NCBI GenBank assembly: GCA_028286905.1
Contig: JAQBQP010000002.1
Coordinates: 309,458-373,457 of the forward strand
Length of the DNA stretch: 64,000 nt
Direction: 5' to 3'
From: Candidatus Doudnabacteria bacterium
GTDB lineage: Bacteria > Patescibacteriota > Doudnabacteria > UBA920 > VMFF01
The notes beneath the pieces were generated by a model. The model was not told where the DNA came from, searched no databases, and worked only from the letters and a program-made list of their open reading frames with translations. Position 1 is the stretch's first letter; each line of letters begins with the position of its first letter. Below, in pieces: positions 45,445-54,730 of the stretch. A program made the position numbers and the translations under genes.

Positions 45445-45903
45445 TTATTTGCCTTTTTGATCTTGTTCTTTAGCGGTCAAGAGTAGTTGGCTTAAATAGT
45501 CGTCTAACCCAGGCAAAGCGATAATGTCTTCTACGCTTGCCCACATAAAATCATCATGTTCTGCATCAAGCACCGGTTCGCCCTCGATCGGCGCCATATA
45601 AGTTAACCTTACCACATGTTTATCAGGCTTAATAATGTCTTGGGCTGCTAATAACATTGGATGATGCTTCAATTCCAATTTAGTTTCTTCAAAAATTTCT
45701 CGCTTTAGATTATCAACCACGTTTGTACCTGGTTCGATTCTACCGCCAACAATGTCCCAAAGATTTTTAACTTCTGGGTATTTTTCTTTAGAACGGTGCA
45801 CAATTAAAAACTTACCCTCTTGATTTCGTAATAATGCTTTAACTCCAACCTGAAGCACCATATTATTCTTCTGTTGCGGCACTGTGTCCGAATTTTTCAT
45901 CAA
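45445..45903 (-). CDS. NUDIX hydrolase
   Basis: 152 aa; GGRIEPGTNVVDNLKREIFEETKLEL Nudix box. Confidence 0.8.
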   Translation of the reverse strand: MMKNSDTVPQQKNNMVLQVGVKALLRNQEGKFLIVHRSKEKYPEVKNLWDIVGGRIEPGTNVVDNLKREIFEETKLELKHHPMLLAAQDIIKPDKHVVRLTYMAPIEGEPVLDAEHDDFMWASVEDIIALPGLDDYLSQLLLTAKEQDQKGK

Positions 45904-47575
45904 GCTGTCTTTCTTTTACTCTTTGCTTTGCTTCAGAGTCGGCTCGAGACCAATAATAATCATTGTGATCGACAAATTTCATCATCTCGCCTCGCCACTT
46001 GCTGCGTTCGCTAATTAGTTTATGCATTGCTTGAGCGGCTAAACGGTAATTTGGATGGCCTTGTGGCGTCGAACGCAACTCTAATAAATGCATTGCGGCG
46101 CGGTCATTCAAAGCAATGTTCCATCGAATGTAATGGCCGTGCAAAACTGCGTACTGCGCCATCTCCGGATCAACTTTAGACATCGCATCAAAAAGTTGAT
46201 CGGCTTTTTCTAAACATGCTATAACTTTATCTTCGAAGCCTGCAACAATTAATTCTTCTGGCATGTAAAAACCAATCTTAGTTGTGAATAATTGGCGCTG
46301 TTGAGTATTCATGCGATGCCTCTGCAGATCTTTGTAGGTACCGAAATTTATTACACAATCAAAGTTGTGCGAATAGCCATGTTCTAAACCGCGGCCAGGG
46401 CGATGCCTACGATTTTCTCTTTTTTGAATATAGGTTGAAATAATTTCTTCACGTTCCGCGGCATTCATAGTTCCAACTTTATCTCTGATTGTTTTGAGAG
46501 AAACATTGGTATATGGATAAAGCATGGTCGCGATTTCTTCAACGTCTCGAGCTTCTTGGATCGCTTTGCTTATACTTTCCGGACTTAACTGTTGGTCTTT
46601 TAATTTTTCAAAAATTAGTCCTTCTCCAAAATCCATCAGTTGGTAATCAGGCAAGCTCGCAGGAACTTCGGGTTTTTCGTTAGGAAACAATCTTTTGGCC
46701 AATGTAAACATTTCTTGGTTATACTTTTCTGCATACTCATCTTTTTTTGCGCGTCGAATATATTGCGGAATAATTGACTGTAAAGCGCTGCTAGTTTGTT
46801 CAGCAATCTTGTGCATTTCTGGCAGACGATGAGTCATCAAATTAGAAATAACGGTTTGATAAAACCTACCATTCGCAAACATTCCAACATTAGTTAAGGT
46901 ACCGACTGGCAGCAAAGCGCGCAAGGTATCACAAGCTTTGGCTCTTAAATCGAAGTTATAGGTTTGCTTAAAGTTTTTCTGATCTTTTTCATCAGTTAAA
47001 TCTGCCCACTTTTCTTTAACGCCATCGCCGTTAATGTCATATTCCGCCTCTTCTAGCTTTTTTAAATTAACAAAATAATCTTTCAATGGCGCTACTAAAT
47101 CTGCGTACGTTTGGAAAATAAAATCCATCGTTTCAATATATTGCTTGCCGAATACCGAATTTAAAATTGCGGGATCTTTGTAATAGAGCCAATTGCCGTC
47201 TGAATCTTTTTGATCGTACAAAACGTAACGGGTTGATTGTTCAATTGGCGAACCGCCAATGCGATGGTCTTCAATTTCTTTTGCTGCGAGCATTGTGATT
47301 TTTTCAAAAGAAACATGGGCGCCTTCTAACTCGCCTACCGAGTCATCGCCATAAGCAACTAGCACTCGCGCAATTAATTCGTCAGCATGCTGCGGATCGA
47401 TATTACCGTCTTGAATAAACTCTTTTAAAAGTACTTCGCGGAAGCCGCCCTTAGCACGAGAATAACGCGCGTATGCCGCGCCAGTCATTCCTTGCAAGTT
47501 TCTAATCGCAAAGATGTTGTCTTCCGTGGAAGTAACATACTTTTCTAAAATTTTCTTTTCTTCGTCTGTAAACAT
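45863..47575 (-). CDS. long ThyX-like (FAD-dependent thymidylate synthase-like) protein, possibly tandem ThyX domains
   Basis: 570 aa; C-terminal half has an RHRMNTQQRQ motif resembling the ThyX RHR-x7-S signature; genomic context (tmk, dut, dcd) supports the assignment; unusually long for ThyX. Confidence 0.45.
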   Translation of the reverse strand: MFTDEEKKILEKYVTSTEDNIFAIRNLQGMTGAAYARYSRAKGGFREVLLKEFIQDGNIDPQHADELIARVLVAYGDDSVGELEGAHVSFEKITMLAAKEIEDHRIGGSPIEQSTRYVLYDQKDSDGNWLYYKDPAILNSVFGKQYIETMDFIFQTYADLVAPLKDYFVNLKKLEEAEYDINGDGVKEKWADLTDEKDQKNFKQTYNFDLRAKACDTLRALLPVGTLTNVGMFANGRFYQTVISNLMTHRLPEMHKIAEQTSSALQSIIPQYIRRAKKDEYAEKYNQEMFTLAKRLFPNEKPEVPASLPDYQLMDFGEGLIFEKLKDQQLSPESISKAIQEARDVEEIATMLYPYTNVSLKTIRDKVGTMNAAEREEIISTYIQKRENRRHRPGRGLEHGYSHNFDCVINFGTYKDLQRHRMNTQQRQLFTTKIGFYMPEELIVAGFEDKVIACLEKADQLFDAMSKVDPEMAQYAVLHGHYIRWNIALNDRAAMHLLELRSTPQGHPNYRLAAQAMHKLISERSKWRGEMMKFVDHNDYYWSRADSEAKQRVKERQLDEKFGHSAATEE

Positions 47576-47585
47576 AAGATTTCAA

Positions 47586-48314
47586 TTATTTTGTAAGGAC
47601 TAGCCGGCGCACCAGATTCCAAATTTTATTATGAACTTGCTCAGGAGTTAATAATATTCCAGCTTCAAAGCATTCTACTAGTTTAGTATTTGGGAACAAT
47701 TCAACAATTTGTAAAAAAACTTTCTCTGCTCGTTTCAGGTGGTTTAAATCGGCTTCGTGAATATCCCGTTTTTTTCCTTCGGCGTAAGCTCGATCTTCCT
47801 TGGGTTTTTTGTCGACAAGCTTTTGAGCAACGCCAGCTGGAACATGCAAAATTAAATTCAAGTCTGGTTTTGGAATTTTAAAAACGTTGTATTCCAAGTT
47901 ATCAAGCCATTTAAAATATTTGATCCGGTCAGTATTATCGTCTATTTTACCGCCTTGGTGGCCGGCGTTGGCAGTAACATATCGGTTCGAAACCACTACC
48001 TTGCCCTCATTCAGCCATTGTCTAATTTTGAAACTAGCATCAAAGCGATCCACTGCATACATTACTGAAGCAACATAAGCGTCTACCTGTGAACCATATT
48101 TGCCATTTAGGTACTCTTCTACCAAGCCTGCCGATTTCTGGCCATATTGCGGAAAGTCAGCCATTTCAACTTGATAACCTTCTTTTTTAAGTGCTTCCAC
48201 TAAAAGTTTGGTTTGAGTTCCTTTTCCAGATCCATCAGTGCCATCGATAACAATAAATTTTCCTTTAATCTTTGAGTCATTTTCTTTTGGTTTGCTGTTG
48301 ATTCCGAATTTCAT
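47586..48314 (-). CDS. tmk: thymidylate kinase
   Basis: 242 aa; FIVIDGTDGSGKGTQ P-loop, DR(Y/F) motif, lid region. Confidence 0.8.
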   Translation of the reverse strand: MKFGINSKPKENDSKIKGKFIVIDGTDGSGKGTQTKLLVEALKKEGYQVEMADFPQYGQKSAGLVEEYLNGKYGSQVDAYVASVMYAVDRFDASFKIRQWLNEGKVVVSNRYVTANAGHQGGKIDDNTDRIKYFKWLDNLEYNVFKIPKPDLNLILHVPAGVAQKLVDKKPKEDRAYAEGKKRDIHEADLNHLKRAEKVFLQIVELFPNTKLVECFEAGILLTPEQVHNKIWNLVRRLVLTK

Positions 48315-48331
48315 ATAAAAATTATGACTTA

Positions 48332-48874
48332 TTAGATTAGGCCTTGCAAGGCTTGGTCAACTTTAACAAAAAGCTCGGCTTGATCGCCATTATTTTCAAT
48401 AACGATGTCCGCTCTATCTGCAAAAGAAGAAATGTTTCTTTCGGTAATTGCTTGTTCCAGTTCGATAAATCTTTCAAAGCTCGTACTCTGATCGTCGCTC
48501 TTTTCATTGCGCTTATGCTGTCTTTCGAATCTGGTTCTAATTTCTGAGCTAATAAAAATAATTTTATTATTCGGATATTTTCGGATATTTTCTAGCTCAT
48601 TTTCAAATCTGATTCCGGTGATAATTTCTAAATTAGAGTCATCAGCTTTTATTTTTTTATTTAAAGCATTAATCAAAACATTTTCTCCAAAAACATCTCG
48701 CAAGCTAACAAGCTTAATCGCGTTTTCTCTGGAATTAGGCAAAACTAAAATCTTCAACAAATCTTCTAAAATTTCCGAGTGCGAATGGTGTTTGCCGGAG
48801 TGCTTTTCGGCAATATATTTAGCGATAGTATCTTTTCCAGAAGCTTTCGCTCCAATTATTCCAATTACAATCAT
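48332..48874 (-). CDS. P-loop NTPase, putative (deoxy)nucleoside monophosphate kinase
   Basis: 180 aa; N-terminal IGIIGAKASGKDT Walker A; 4-nt overlap with a paralogous upstream gene. Confidence 0.5.
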   Translation of the reverse strand: MIVIGIIGAKASGKDTIAKYIAEKHSGKHHSHSEILEDLLKILVLPNSRENAIKLVSLRDVFGENVLINALNKKIKADDSNLEIITGIRFENELENIRKYPNNKIIFISSEIRTRFERQHKRNEKSDDQSTSFERFIELEQAITERNISSFADRADIVIENNGDQAELFVKVDQALQGLI

Positions 48875-49434
48875 AGATCTGTCGTTAAGAGTCTAGTTAA
48901 GAGCGCTTCGAATTGTTCTGGTGTAGATTCATTAGAAATTACGAAATCTGCTAACTGTTCCAGTTGCGCGATCTGCTTATCAGCCTCATGCGCTTCGCTT
49001 TTCAAAAACTCTTCATAAGTTTGCTCAGATTCGCCAACTTTTTCTTTTCGATTACGCATTCTTTGGTAACGAATCTCTGGCGAAGCTTTAATATAAATAA
49101 ATTTAAACCCTGGCAGTTGTCTTAAAAAATCTACTTCTTGTTTTTTTCGTAAACCATCAAAAAGAATAACATTTTTTTCTGAAAGCTCCGCGCGAGCTTT
49201 CAAGGCATTGGAGAGCGACTCTTCGCCAAAAAGTTCTTTGACCAAAACTCCCATTTGCTGCTCATTAAAACGGTTTTTCTCTAAATCTAAAATATCCAGC
49301 ATTTCATCAAGCAGTTTTGAAAACCTTAAGTGCTCTGCTTTAAACCTTTGTACTAAAAAATTAGACGCTGAGCTTTTACCAGAAAGCAACTGTCCGGCTA
49401 TTCCTAAATATAATTTATGCTTTTGATTAGACAT
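48871..49434 (-). CDS. P-loop NTPase, putative (deoxy)nucleoside monophosphate kinase (paralogue)
   Basis: LGIAGQLLSGKSS Walker A near the N-terminus; start set at internal MSNQKHKLYLG to avoid a 70-nt overlap with dut. Confidence 0.45.
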   Translation of the reverse strand: MSNQKHKLYLGIAGQLLSGKSSASNFLVQRFKAEHLRFSKLLDEMLDILDLEKNRFNEQQMGVLVKELFGEESLSNALKARAELSEKNVILFDGLRKKQEVDFLRQLPGFKFIYIKASPEIRYQRMRNRKEKVGESEQTYEEFLKSEAHEADKQIAQLEQLADFVISNESTPEQFEALLTRLLTTDL

Positions 49435-49870
49435 TAGTGTATCCTCCACTGCTGCCAAATCCCCCGCGTGACTGATCTTTAATATTTTCAGTTTCAATCC
49501 ATTCTACTTGATCAACTGGCAAAAATAAACCTTGCGCTAAACGATCGCCTTTTTTAACTTCAACCGGTTCGTCGCGAAAGTTATAAACGCTGATCCTAAT
49601 TTGGTCTTCTGGGCCGCAGTAATCCCGATCGACCACCCCAATACCGTTAGAAACCATCAAACCCTTCTTTAAAGGCAGGCTGCTGCGTGCTGCAATCAAT
49701 AAAAAATGGCCTTCAGGAGCCTGAATTATTAATCCAGTATCCAAAAGAACCAATTCTTTAGGCTTTATGATTTTATCTTCCGATGAGGCAATATCAAATC
49801 CAGCGGACTCTAAGGTGTGATATTGTGGCAATTCTACTGCTTTGTCCAGCCGAACGATTTTTGCTTGCAT
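49427..49870 (-). CDS. dut: dUTP diphosphatase
   Basis: 147 aa; ESAGFDI, GLIIQAPEG, GIGVVDRDYCG dUTPase motifs. Confidence 0.85.
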   Translation of the reverse strand: MQAKIVRLDKAVELPQYHTLESAGFDIASSEDKIIKPKELVLLDTGLIIQAPEGHFLLIAARSSLPLKKGLMVSNGIGVVDRDYCGPEDQIRISVYNFRDEPVEVKKGDRLAQGLFLPVDQVEWIETENIKDQSRGGFGSSGGYTNV

Positions 49871-49888
49871 AGGATTCTGTTAAACGCT

Positions 49889-50476
49889 TTATTTAAACTT
49901 TTCCCACTTATTGTTTTTGAAGTTTTTATAATATTGAGAAGCTTGCGGTTTGGTTGCGCCAAAATATTTACTCTTCAACTTCTTGTTGCCATAGGCATTT
50001 TGAGCTTTTGAAGACAGGGGAGTAAATGACAGCTGTGCGATCGGCATTTTGTAATATAAAATGATTGGCAAGTTTGCGATGTTGTGCAACTCCAAAGTCA
50101 TTTTCAATTTATTCCCTGGGTCAAGATAGCCAGCAGTTGCGTGGATAATCAAACCAACTCTCCCTAAGGAACTTTTTCCCTCTAATCTTCCAACCATGTC
50201 ATCCGCGACACCGACGGTTTCATAAGTCAGGCCTAAGGCGAATTCGCCGGGGTGAATAATAAAGGGTTTCTTCTCAGAAATTATTACACGTTCCATCATA
50301 TCATCAAGCGGCTGTTTTAAATCGATTGCAGTGTGGCCCTGGTTTTTAAAAACTAGGAACTCATTACCTAAGTGCAAGTCTACGGATGCCGGTTGGATCG
50401 AATCTGGAAATAAAGGTTCAATAGAAACTCTTCCGCTTTTAAGGGATTTCTTGATATCCACGTCTGATAAAATCAT
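49889..50476 (-). CDS. dcd: dCTP deaminase
   Basis: 195 aa; MILSD..I...L..G...IEP...IQPASVDL...F Dcd N-terminus, dUTPase-like fold motifs. Confidence 0.8.
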   Translation of the reverse strand: MILSDVDIKKSLKSGRVSIEPLFPDSIQPASVDLHLGNEFLVFKNQGHTAIDLKQPLDDMMERVIISEKKPFIIHPGEFALGLTYETVGVADDMVGRLEGKSSLGRVGLIIHATAGYLDPGNKLKMTLELHNIANLPIILYYKMPIAQLSFTPLSSKAQNAYGNKKLKSKYFGATKPQASQYYKNFKNNKWEKFK

Positions 50477-50562
50477 CTTTTTTACTTTTAATTTCAGTTT
50501 AATTTATATGACAATTGTAGCAGAAAATGCTACCCTTTTCTAGTATCTAACGGAGGAAACCA

Positions 50563-50733
50563 GTGCTACAGAATCGCGTGCCGATTATCCTGTCTGGGCC
50601 GACCAACCAGGAAACCCATTACTCCGCCTACTGTTTGGGAGCGTGGATGACCTTGTATTTGGCTCTCATTGCCTACCTGTTTCTTCGGGCCTTCCTTCGG
50701 AGATTGCCAAATTCTGAAAAGTACAAAAACTAA
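50563..50733 (+). CDS. GC-rich mini-ORF (56 aa, GTG start) encoding a single-TM peptide
   Basis: GGAGG SD 6 nt before the GTG; hydrophobic core AWMTLYLALIAYLFLRAFL; followed by AACCAACAG-N7-CTGTTGGTT plus a T-run terminator (50734-50762); GC far above the flanks. Confidence 0.35.
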   Translation: MLQNRVPIILSGPTNQETHYSAYCLGAWMTLYLALIAYLFLRAFLRRLPNSEKYKN

Positions 50734-50796
50734 AACCAACAGTGGGAGGCTGTTGGTTTTATGTTATCCATTGCTAGAATCAGACGAGTTTTAAAT

Positions 50797-51480
50797 TTAC
50801 ATTTTTACTTTAATACCAGGGCCCATTGAAGAGTTTACTGTAATTGTCATCACAAACTGCTTCTTAACTGTACTTGGTTTTGAGCCATTCAATGCATCGA
50901 TAAAAGTCTTTAAGTTTTCAATCAGCTTCGGTTCTTCAAAGTTTGCTTTACCGATGATTTGGTGAATATTTCCTGAATCATCATTTTTGAAGTTTACCTT
51001 ACCGGCGGAAATTTCTTTTATCGCGCCAGCAATATCTGTAGTTACTGTACCGTTCTTAGGATTTGGCATTAAACCACGCTGTCCCAAGATCTTCGCAATA
51101 GAAGCCATTTTAGCCATCATGGCAGGCTCAGCAACAGCTACTTCAAAGTCAGTTTTTTCGCTTTCTTTGATGCTCTTGATAAGTTCTTCGCCACCAACTA
51201 TTGATGCGCCAGCTTCTTTAGCGGCTTTTTCGTTAGTTTCAGTTACGAAAGCGGCAATTTTCTTGGTTTTACCTGTACCATTTGGCAAGGTAATACTGCC
51301 GCGTACTGATTGATCGGTTTTCTTTGGATCAATTCCTAATCGGATATGAACCTCAATGGAACCGTTAAACTTAGTGTTTGCAGTTTTCTTTGCCAAAGCA
51401 ATTGCTTCTTCGGGGCTATAAAATTTTGTTCGATCTACTTGTTCGCTATTCGCCTTTTGGCGTTTAGTAATTTTTGACAT
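50797..51480 (-). CDS. rplA: 50S ribosomal protein L1
   Basis: L1 signature KFNGSIEVHIRLGIDPKK..Q.VRG...LP.GTGK; start placed at MSKITKRQ (the ORF track extends 19 codons further upstream). Confidence 0.85.
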   Translation of the reverse strand: MSKITKRQKANSEQVDRTKFYSPEEAIALAKKTANTKFNGSIEVHIRLGIDPKKTDQSVRGSITLPNGTGKTKKIAAFVTETNEKAAKEAGASIVGGEELIKSIKESEKTDFEVAVAEPAMMAKMASIAKILGQRGLMPNPKNGTVTTDIAGAIKEISAGKVNFKNDDSGNIHQIIGKANFEEPKLIENLKTFIDALNGSKPSTVKKQFVMTITVNSSMGPGIKVKM

Positions 51481-51545
51481 ATCGTCCTTTCGACTTAGTG
51501 GTCCGCGCGTCGCTATTATAAGGCGGCGCTCCCACAATTAAAATT
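51481..51545 (-). promoter_or_regulatory. GC-rich structured leader upstream of rplA (candidate L1 autoregulatory leader)
   Basis: gggagcgccgccttataatagcgacgcgcggaccactaagtcgaaaggacg immediately 5' of the rplA ATG on the minus strand; unusually GC-rich for this genome. Confidence 0.35.
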
Positions 51546-51564
51546 AAATTAAACTCAAATTAAA

Positions 51565-51942
51565 TTATGCTTCTTTTCTTGCCAAGCTCCAGTGATACCA
51601 GAAAATCGGAATACTTACAATTAGAAAAGCTAGAGCTTGCGCAATATCCTGTTTTTTAGAGTTCTTTTGGTTCTCTAAATCAGCAGCGGCTTGCTCTTTC
51701 TGATATTCAGGATCACATACGACGTTCTTGTCTCCATTCGGTGTGCTTGGCTGTGCCGCGCACATTTGTGGATAGTTAACATATTGCTTTACGCCCAACA
51801 CGGATTTTAAACCCATGTTTACCAACATTGTTGCGCCGATAATAATTATTATCAGAGAAACCAGCGAAACTAGATACAAATAAGTTTTTTTCATCCAAGG
51901 CATGTTATTTTTTCTCCAATGATAGGAACTCTTTAATGTCAC
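51565..51942 (-). CDS. small membrane protein (N-terminal TM, C-terminal TM) of unknown function, NfeD-like position next to an SPFH gene
   Basis: 125 aa; overlaps the upstream SPFH gene by about 38 nt. Confidence 0.4.
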   Translation of the reverse strand: MTLKSSYHWRKNNMPWMKKTYLYLVSLVSLIIIIIGATMLVNMGLKSVLGVKQYVNYPQMCAAQPSTPNGDKNVVCDPEYQKEQAAADLENQKNSKKQDIAQALAFLIVSIPIFWYHWSLARKEA

Positions 51943-52663
51943 TAACAGTGCTCATAAATTGAGCTGGGAAAATAATTGTAGAATTCTTCTCGCTTGCTAT
52001 TTCAGCCATAGTCTGCAAATTTCTTAACTGTAAAGCAATCGGATGTGCCATCATAATATCAGCCGTATCTGCCAATCTTTGTGATGAGAGGTATTCACCT
52101 TCAGCCGCAATAATCTTTGCGCGTTTTTCTCTTTCAGCTTCGGCTTGTTTAGCCATTGCACGCTGCATAGACTCCGGCAATTCGATGTCTCGGATTTCAG
52201 TATTTACAACTTCAACACCCCAAGGCTCAGTATGTTCATCAAGAACTTTCTTGATTTCCATATTGATTTGGTCTCTTTCGCTTAGAATTTCGTCTAATTG
52301 AAATTTTCCAACGATGTTCCGAATTGAGGTTTGGGCAATCTGATCGATTGCGATTCTAACGCTTTCAATCGCCACAATGCTTTTAGTAACGTCGGTTATT
52401 CTGTAATATGCAACGGCAGAAATATCTACCGAGACGTTGTCTTTGGTAATAATTTTCTGCGGCGGTACTGGCAAAGTAACAGTTCTTAAATCTACTTTGC
52501 GAATTTTTTGCACGTACGGAATTAATAGGTTCAAGCCAGGTTCTCTAATTCCAACAATTTTACCAAACTGGAACACTACCCCTTTTTCGTATTGTTGGAC
52601 AACTCTTAACCCAGGCAGAACGATGGACAGCAAGACAAATACTATTATATAGATTATGAGCAT
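51905..52663 (-). CDS. SPFH/band-7 (stomatin/prohibitin-like) membrane protein
   Basis: 252 aa; N-terminal TM, band-7 domain with a C-terminal coiled coil (AEAEREKRAKIIAAEGE). Confidence 0.8.
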   Translation of the reverse strand: MLIIYIIVFVLLSIVLPGLRVVQQYEKGVVFQFGKIVGIREPGLNLLIPYVQKIRKVDLRTVTLPVPPQKIITKDNVSVDISAVAYYRITDVTKSIVAIESVRIAIDQIAQTSIRNIVGKFQLDEILSERDQINMEIKKVLDEHTEPWGVEVVNTEIRDIELPESMQRAMAKQAEAEREKRAKIIAAEGEYLSSQRLADTADIMMAHPIALQLRNLQTMAEIASEKNSTIIFPAQFMSTVSDIKEFLSLEKK

Positions 52664-52687
52664 GCTTTTTTAGTTTAAAAATTTCTA

Positions 52688-53116
52688 CTAAATAACGTCT
52701 ACGCCCATTGATCGCGCGGTGCCCGCAACAATCTTTTGAGCAGCTTCGATATCGTTAGCATTCAAATCCACCATTTTTCTTTCAGCAATTTCTTTGATCT
52801 GAGCTTTGGTAATTTTACCAACCTTTATTTTCAAAGGGTTTGCGGAACCTTTTTCCAAACCGATCATTTTCATAATCAATACAGAAGCTGGCGGAGTTTT
52901 CAAAATGAAACTGAATGTTCTGTCTTCATAAACAGTTACCACAGCCGGAACTGTGATATCGCCCATTGGCGCGGTCTTTTCATTGAACTCTTTTGTAAAC
53001 TGACCGATGTTGATACCATGGGGTCCAAGTGCGGTACCTACTGGTGGCGCAGGAGTCGCCTTTCCAGCTTGTAGCTGAATCTTTACTAACGCTTTAATCT
53101 TCTTTGGAGCTGCCAT
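52688..53116 (-). CDS. rplK: 50S ribosomal protein L11
   Basis: 142 aa; [25 protein letters not shown]...FTKEFN L11 signature. Confidence 0.9.
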   Translation of the reverse strand: MAAPKKIKALVKIQLQAGKATPAPPVGTALGPHGINIGQFTKEFNEKTAPMGDITVPAVVTVYEDRTFSFILKTPPASVLIMKMIGLEKGSANPLKIKVGKITKAQIKEIAERKMVDLNANDIEAAQKIVAGTARSMGVDVI

Positions 53117-53227
53117 TTCTTTTGCTGTAGTAGCCTCTTGATAGAGACGAGATTTCGATCGTAATCGAAACCGACTACCCTTTCTTTATTGCCTTTTTTA
53201 AGGCATTTAATTATGTAATATTATAGT

Positions 53228-53773
53228 TTAACTGCGTTTAACTTGCAAGAAGTCTAACTCTACCGGAGTTTCGCGGCCGAAGATGGAAACCAAGACCTTA
53301 ACCTTGCCTTTAGCCTCGTCTACATCAGAAACCTTACCTTCGTATTCTTTAAATGGTCCATCCATGATTTTAACTAAATCATTAAGTTGGAAATCCACTT
53401 TAAACTTAGGCTCTTCAACACCCATGCGCTTCTGTAAGAACTTAATTTCTTCTTCAGAAATTGGAGTTGGAATAGTTCCAGAACCAACGAATCCAGTTAC
53501 GTTAGGAGTGTTTCTTACAACATACCAGGAATCGTCTGTAACAATCATTTCGACAATAACGTAACCTGGGAAGATCTTTTCTTCAAAAGTACTTCTTTTG
53601 CCGTCGCGAATTTTAATCTTTTTTTCTTTAGGGACGACTACATCAAAAATTTTGTCTTCCATGCCCATTGATTCGATACGCTGCTTTAAGTTAAAAGCGA
53701 CGCTATCTTCGTAGCCGGAGTATGTATGTAGTACATACCAATGTTTTTCCCCTGTGACGTGTTGTCGTGACAT
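53228..53773 (-). CDS. nusG: transcription termination/antitermination factor NusG
   Basis: 181 aa; WYVLHTYSGYE NGN domain, C-terminal KOW (GPFKEYEGKV). Confidence 0.85.
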   Translation of the reverse strand: MSRQHVTGEKHWYVLHTYSGYEDSVAFNLKQRIESMGMEDKIFDVVVPKEKKIKIRDGKRSTFEEKIFPGYVIVEMIVTDDSWYVVRNTPNVTGFVGSGTIPTPISEEEIKFLQKRMGVEEPKFKVDFQLNDLVKIMDGPFKEYEGKVSDVDEAKGKVKVLVSIFGRETPVELDFLQVKRS

Positions 53774-53775
53774 AT

Positions 53776-54336
53776 TTATTTAGCGATTAAAATTAATGCG
53801 ATAACAATTAAAATTATTTCTAGGTAACCATTTCTTGTAAAATATTCTCTTTTAGCAACTGACCACCAATATTTCCAGAAGCCCGCAACGTTTACACTCT
53901 GATCTTTTTTATCTCCGGCATACTTCCTTTGATAATAAGAATCTGAAAGCGGATAAAGCTTTTTATTAAATGGCCAAGCCCACATTACCCCCCATTCAGA
54001 ATCTAAAATAAAATGGGTCCAAGAGCATAACCAGATTAACAGTCCTAAAGCTTTGTAGAACGGACTCGCGGCGAAAAAAAATGTCAGTAGTCCAGCAATC
54101 AGCCATAGAATTGGTGCATGAGTAATAAAAGTGCGATGGCTAACTTTCTGATTATCAATCCGTAAAGATTTAGTTTTAAAAAATGCGTAAAAGAAATCTA
54201 GATCTGGCACAAATGCAATAAAAATTCCGAGTAAAGTTAGAGTTGTGGTTTGTTCTGAAGTTAGAGAGTAATTTAAATAACTCAAAACCGCTTTGGAAAC
54301 GACATACCCGGCAGCAATGTGTCCAGGTGGCAACAT
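53776..54336 (-). CDS. membrane-bound metal-dependent hydrolase, YdjM-like
   Basis: 186 aa; N-terminal PGHIAAGY, multiple TM helices, conserved His/Asp/Glu residues; family call from pattern only. Confidence 0.4.
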   Translation of the reverse strand: MLPPGHIAAGYVVSKAVLSYLNYSLTSEQTTTLTLLGIFIAFVPDLDFFYAFFKTKSLRIDNQKVSHRTFITHAPILWLIAGLLTFFFAASPFYKALGLLIWLCSWTHFILDSEWGVMWAWPFNKKLYPLSDSYYQRKYAGDKKDQSVNVAGFWKYWWSVAKREYFTRNGYLEIILIVIALILIAK

Positions 54337-54521
54337 TATTGGTTAATTACCTTCTCTAAGATTCTGATCAACAAATAGTCTGCTCCGCCCAACACAACTG
54401 CAACTAGCACTGAAAAAACAATTACTGTAGCGGTGTATTTTAAAGTCTGCTCTTTAGTAGGCCAAACTACTTTGTAAAGCTCTGCTTTCACTTCAACAAA
54501 AAATTGAGTAACTTTTGACAT
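54336..54521 (-). CDS. secE: preprotein translocase subunit SecE
   Basis: 61 aa; single C-terminal TM; EVK.EL.KV.WP motif; position upstream of nusG. Confidence 0.8.
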   Translation of the reverse strand: MSKVTQFFVEVKAELYKVVWPTKEQTLKYTATVIVFSVLVAVVLGGADYLLIRILEKVINQ

Positions 54522-54635
54522 ATTTAGCGATTAATACTAATAAGTTTTTAAGCTTTTTTAAAAGGCCCGGGAGGCCTTTTGATATTTCGATTATAGCACA
54601 TATGCTCATACTTTAGCAACTTCTGTTTTTCAATC

Positions 54636-54664
54636 TTGACAAATAACTAATTATATTGTATATT
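54636..54664 (+). promoter_or_regulatory. consensus sigma70 promoter TTGACA-N17-TATATT driving the GC-rich secreted-protein gene
   Basis: Perfect -35 hexamer with 17-nt spacing to TATATT; about 70-nt 5' UTR to ATG 54731. Confidence 0.6.
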
Positions 54665-54730
54665 AATAAGATTTCTTTTCACCGCCCACGGAGGGCTAAT
54701 AATTTCACAATCTTGCCTAAGAGGTACGAG

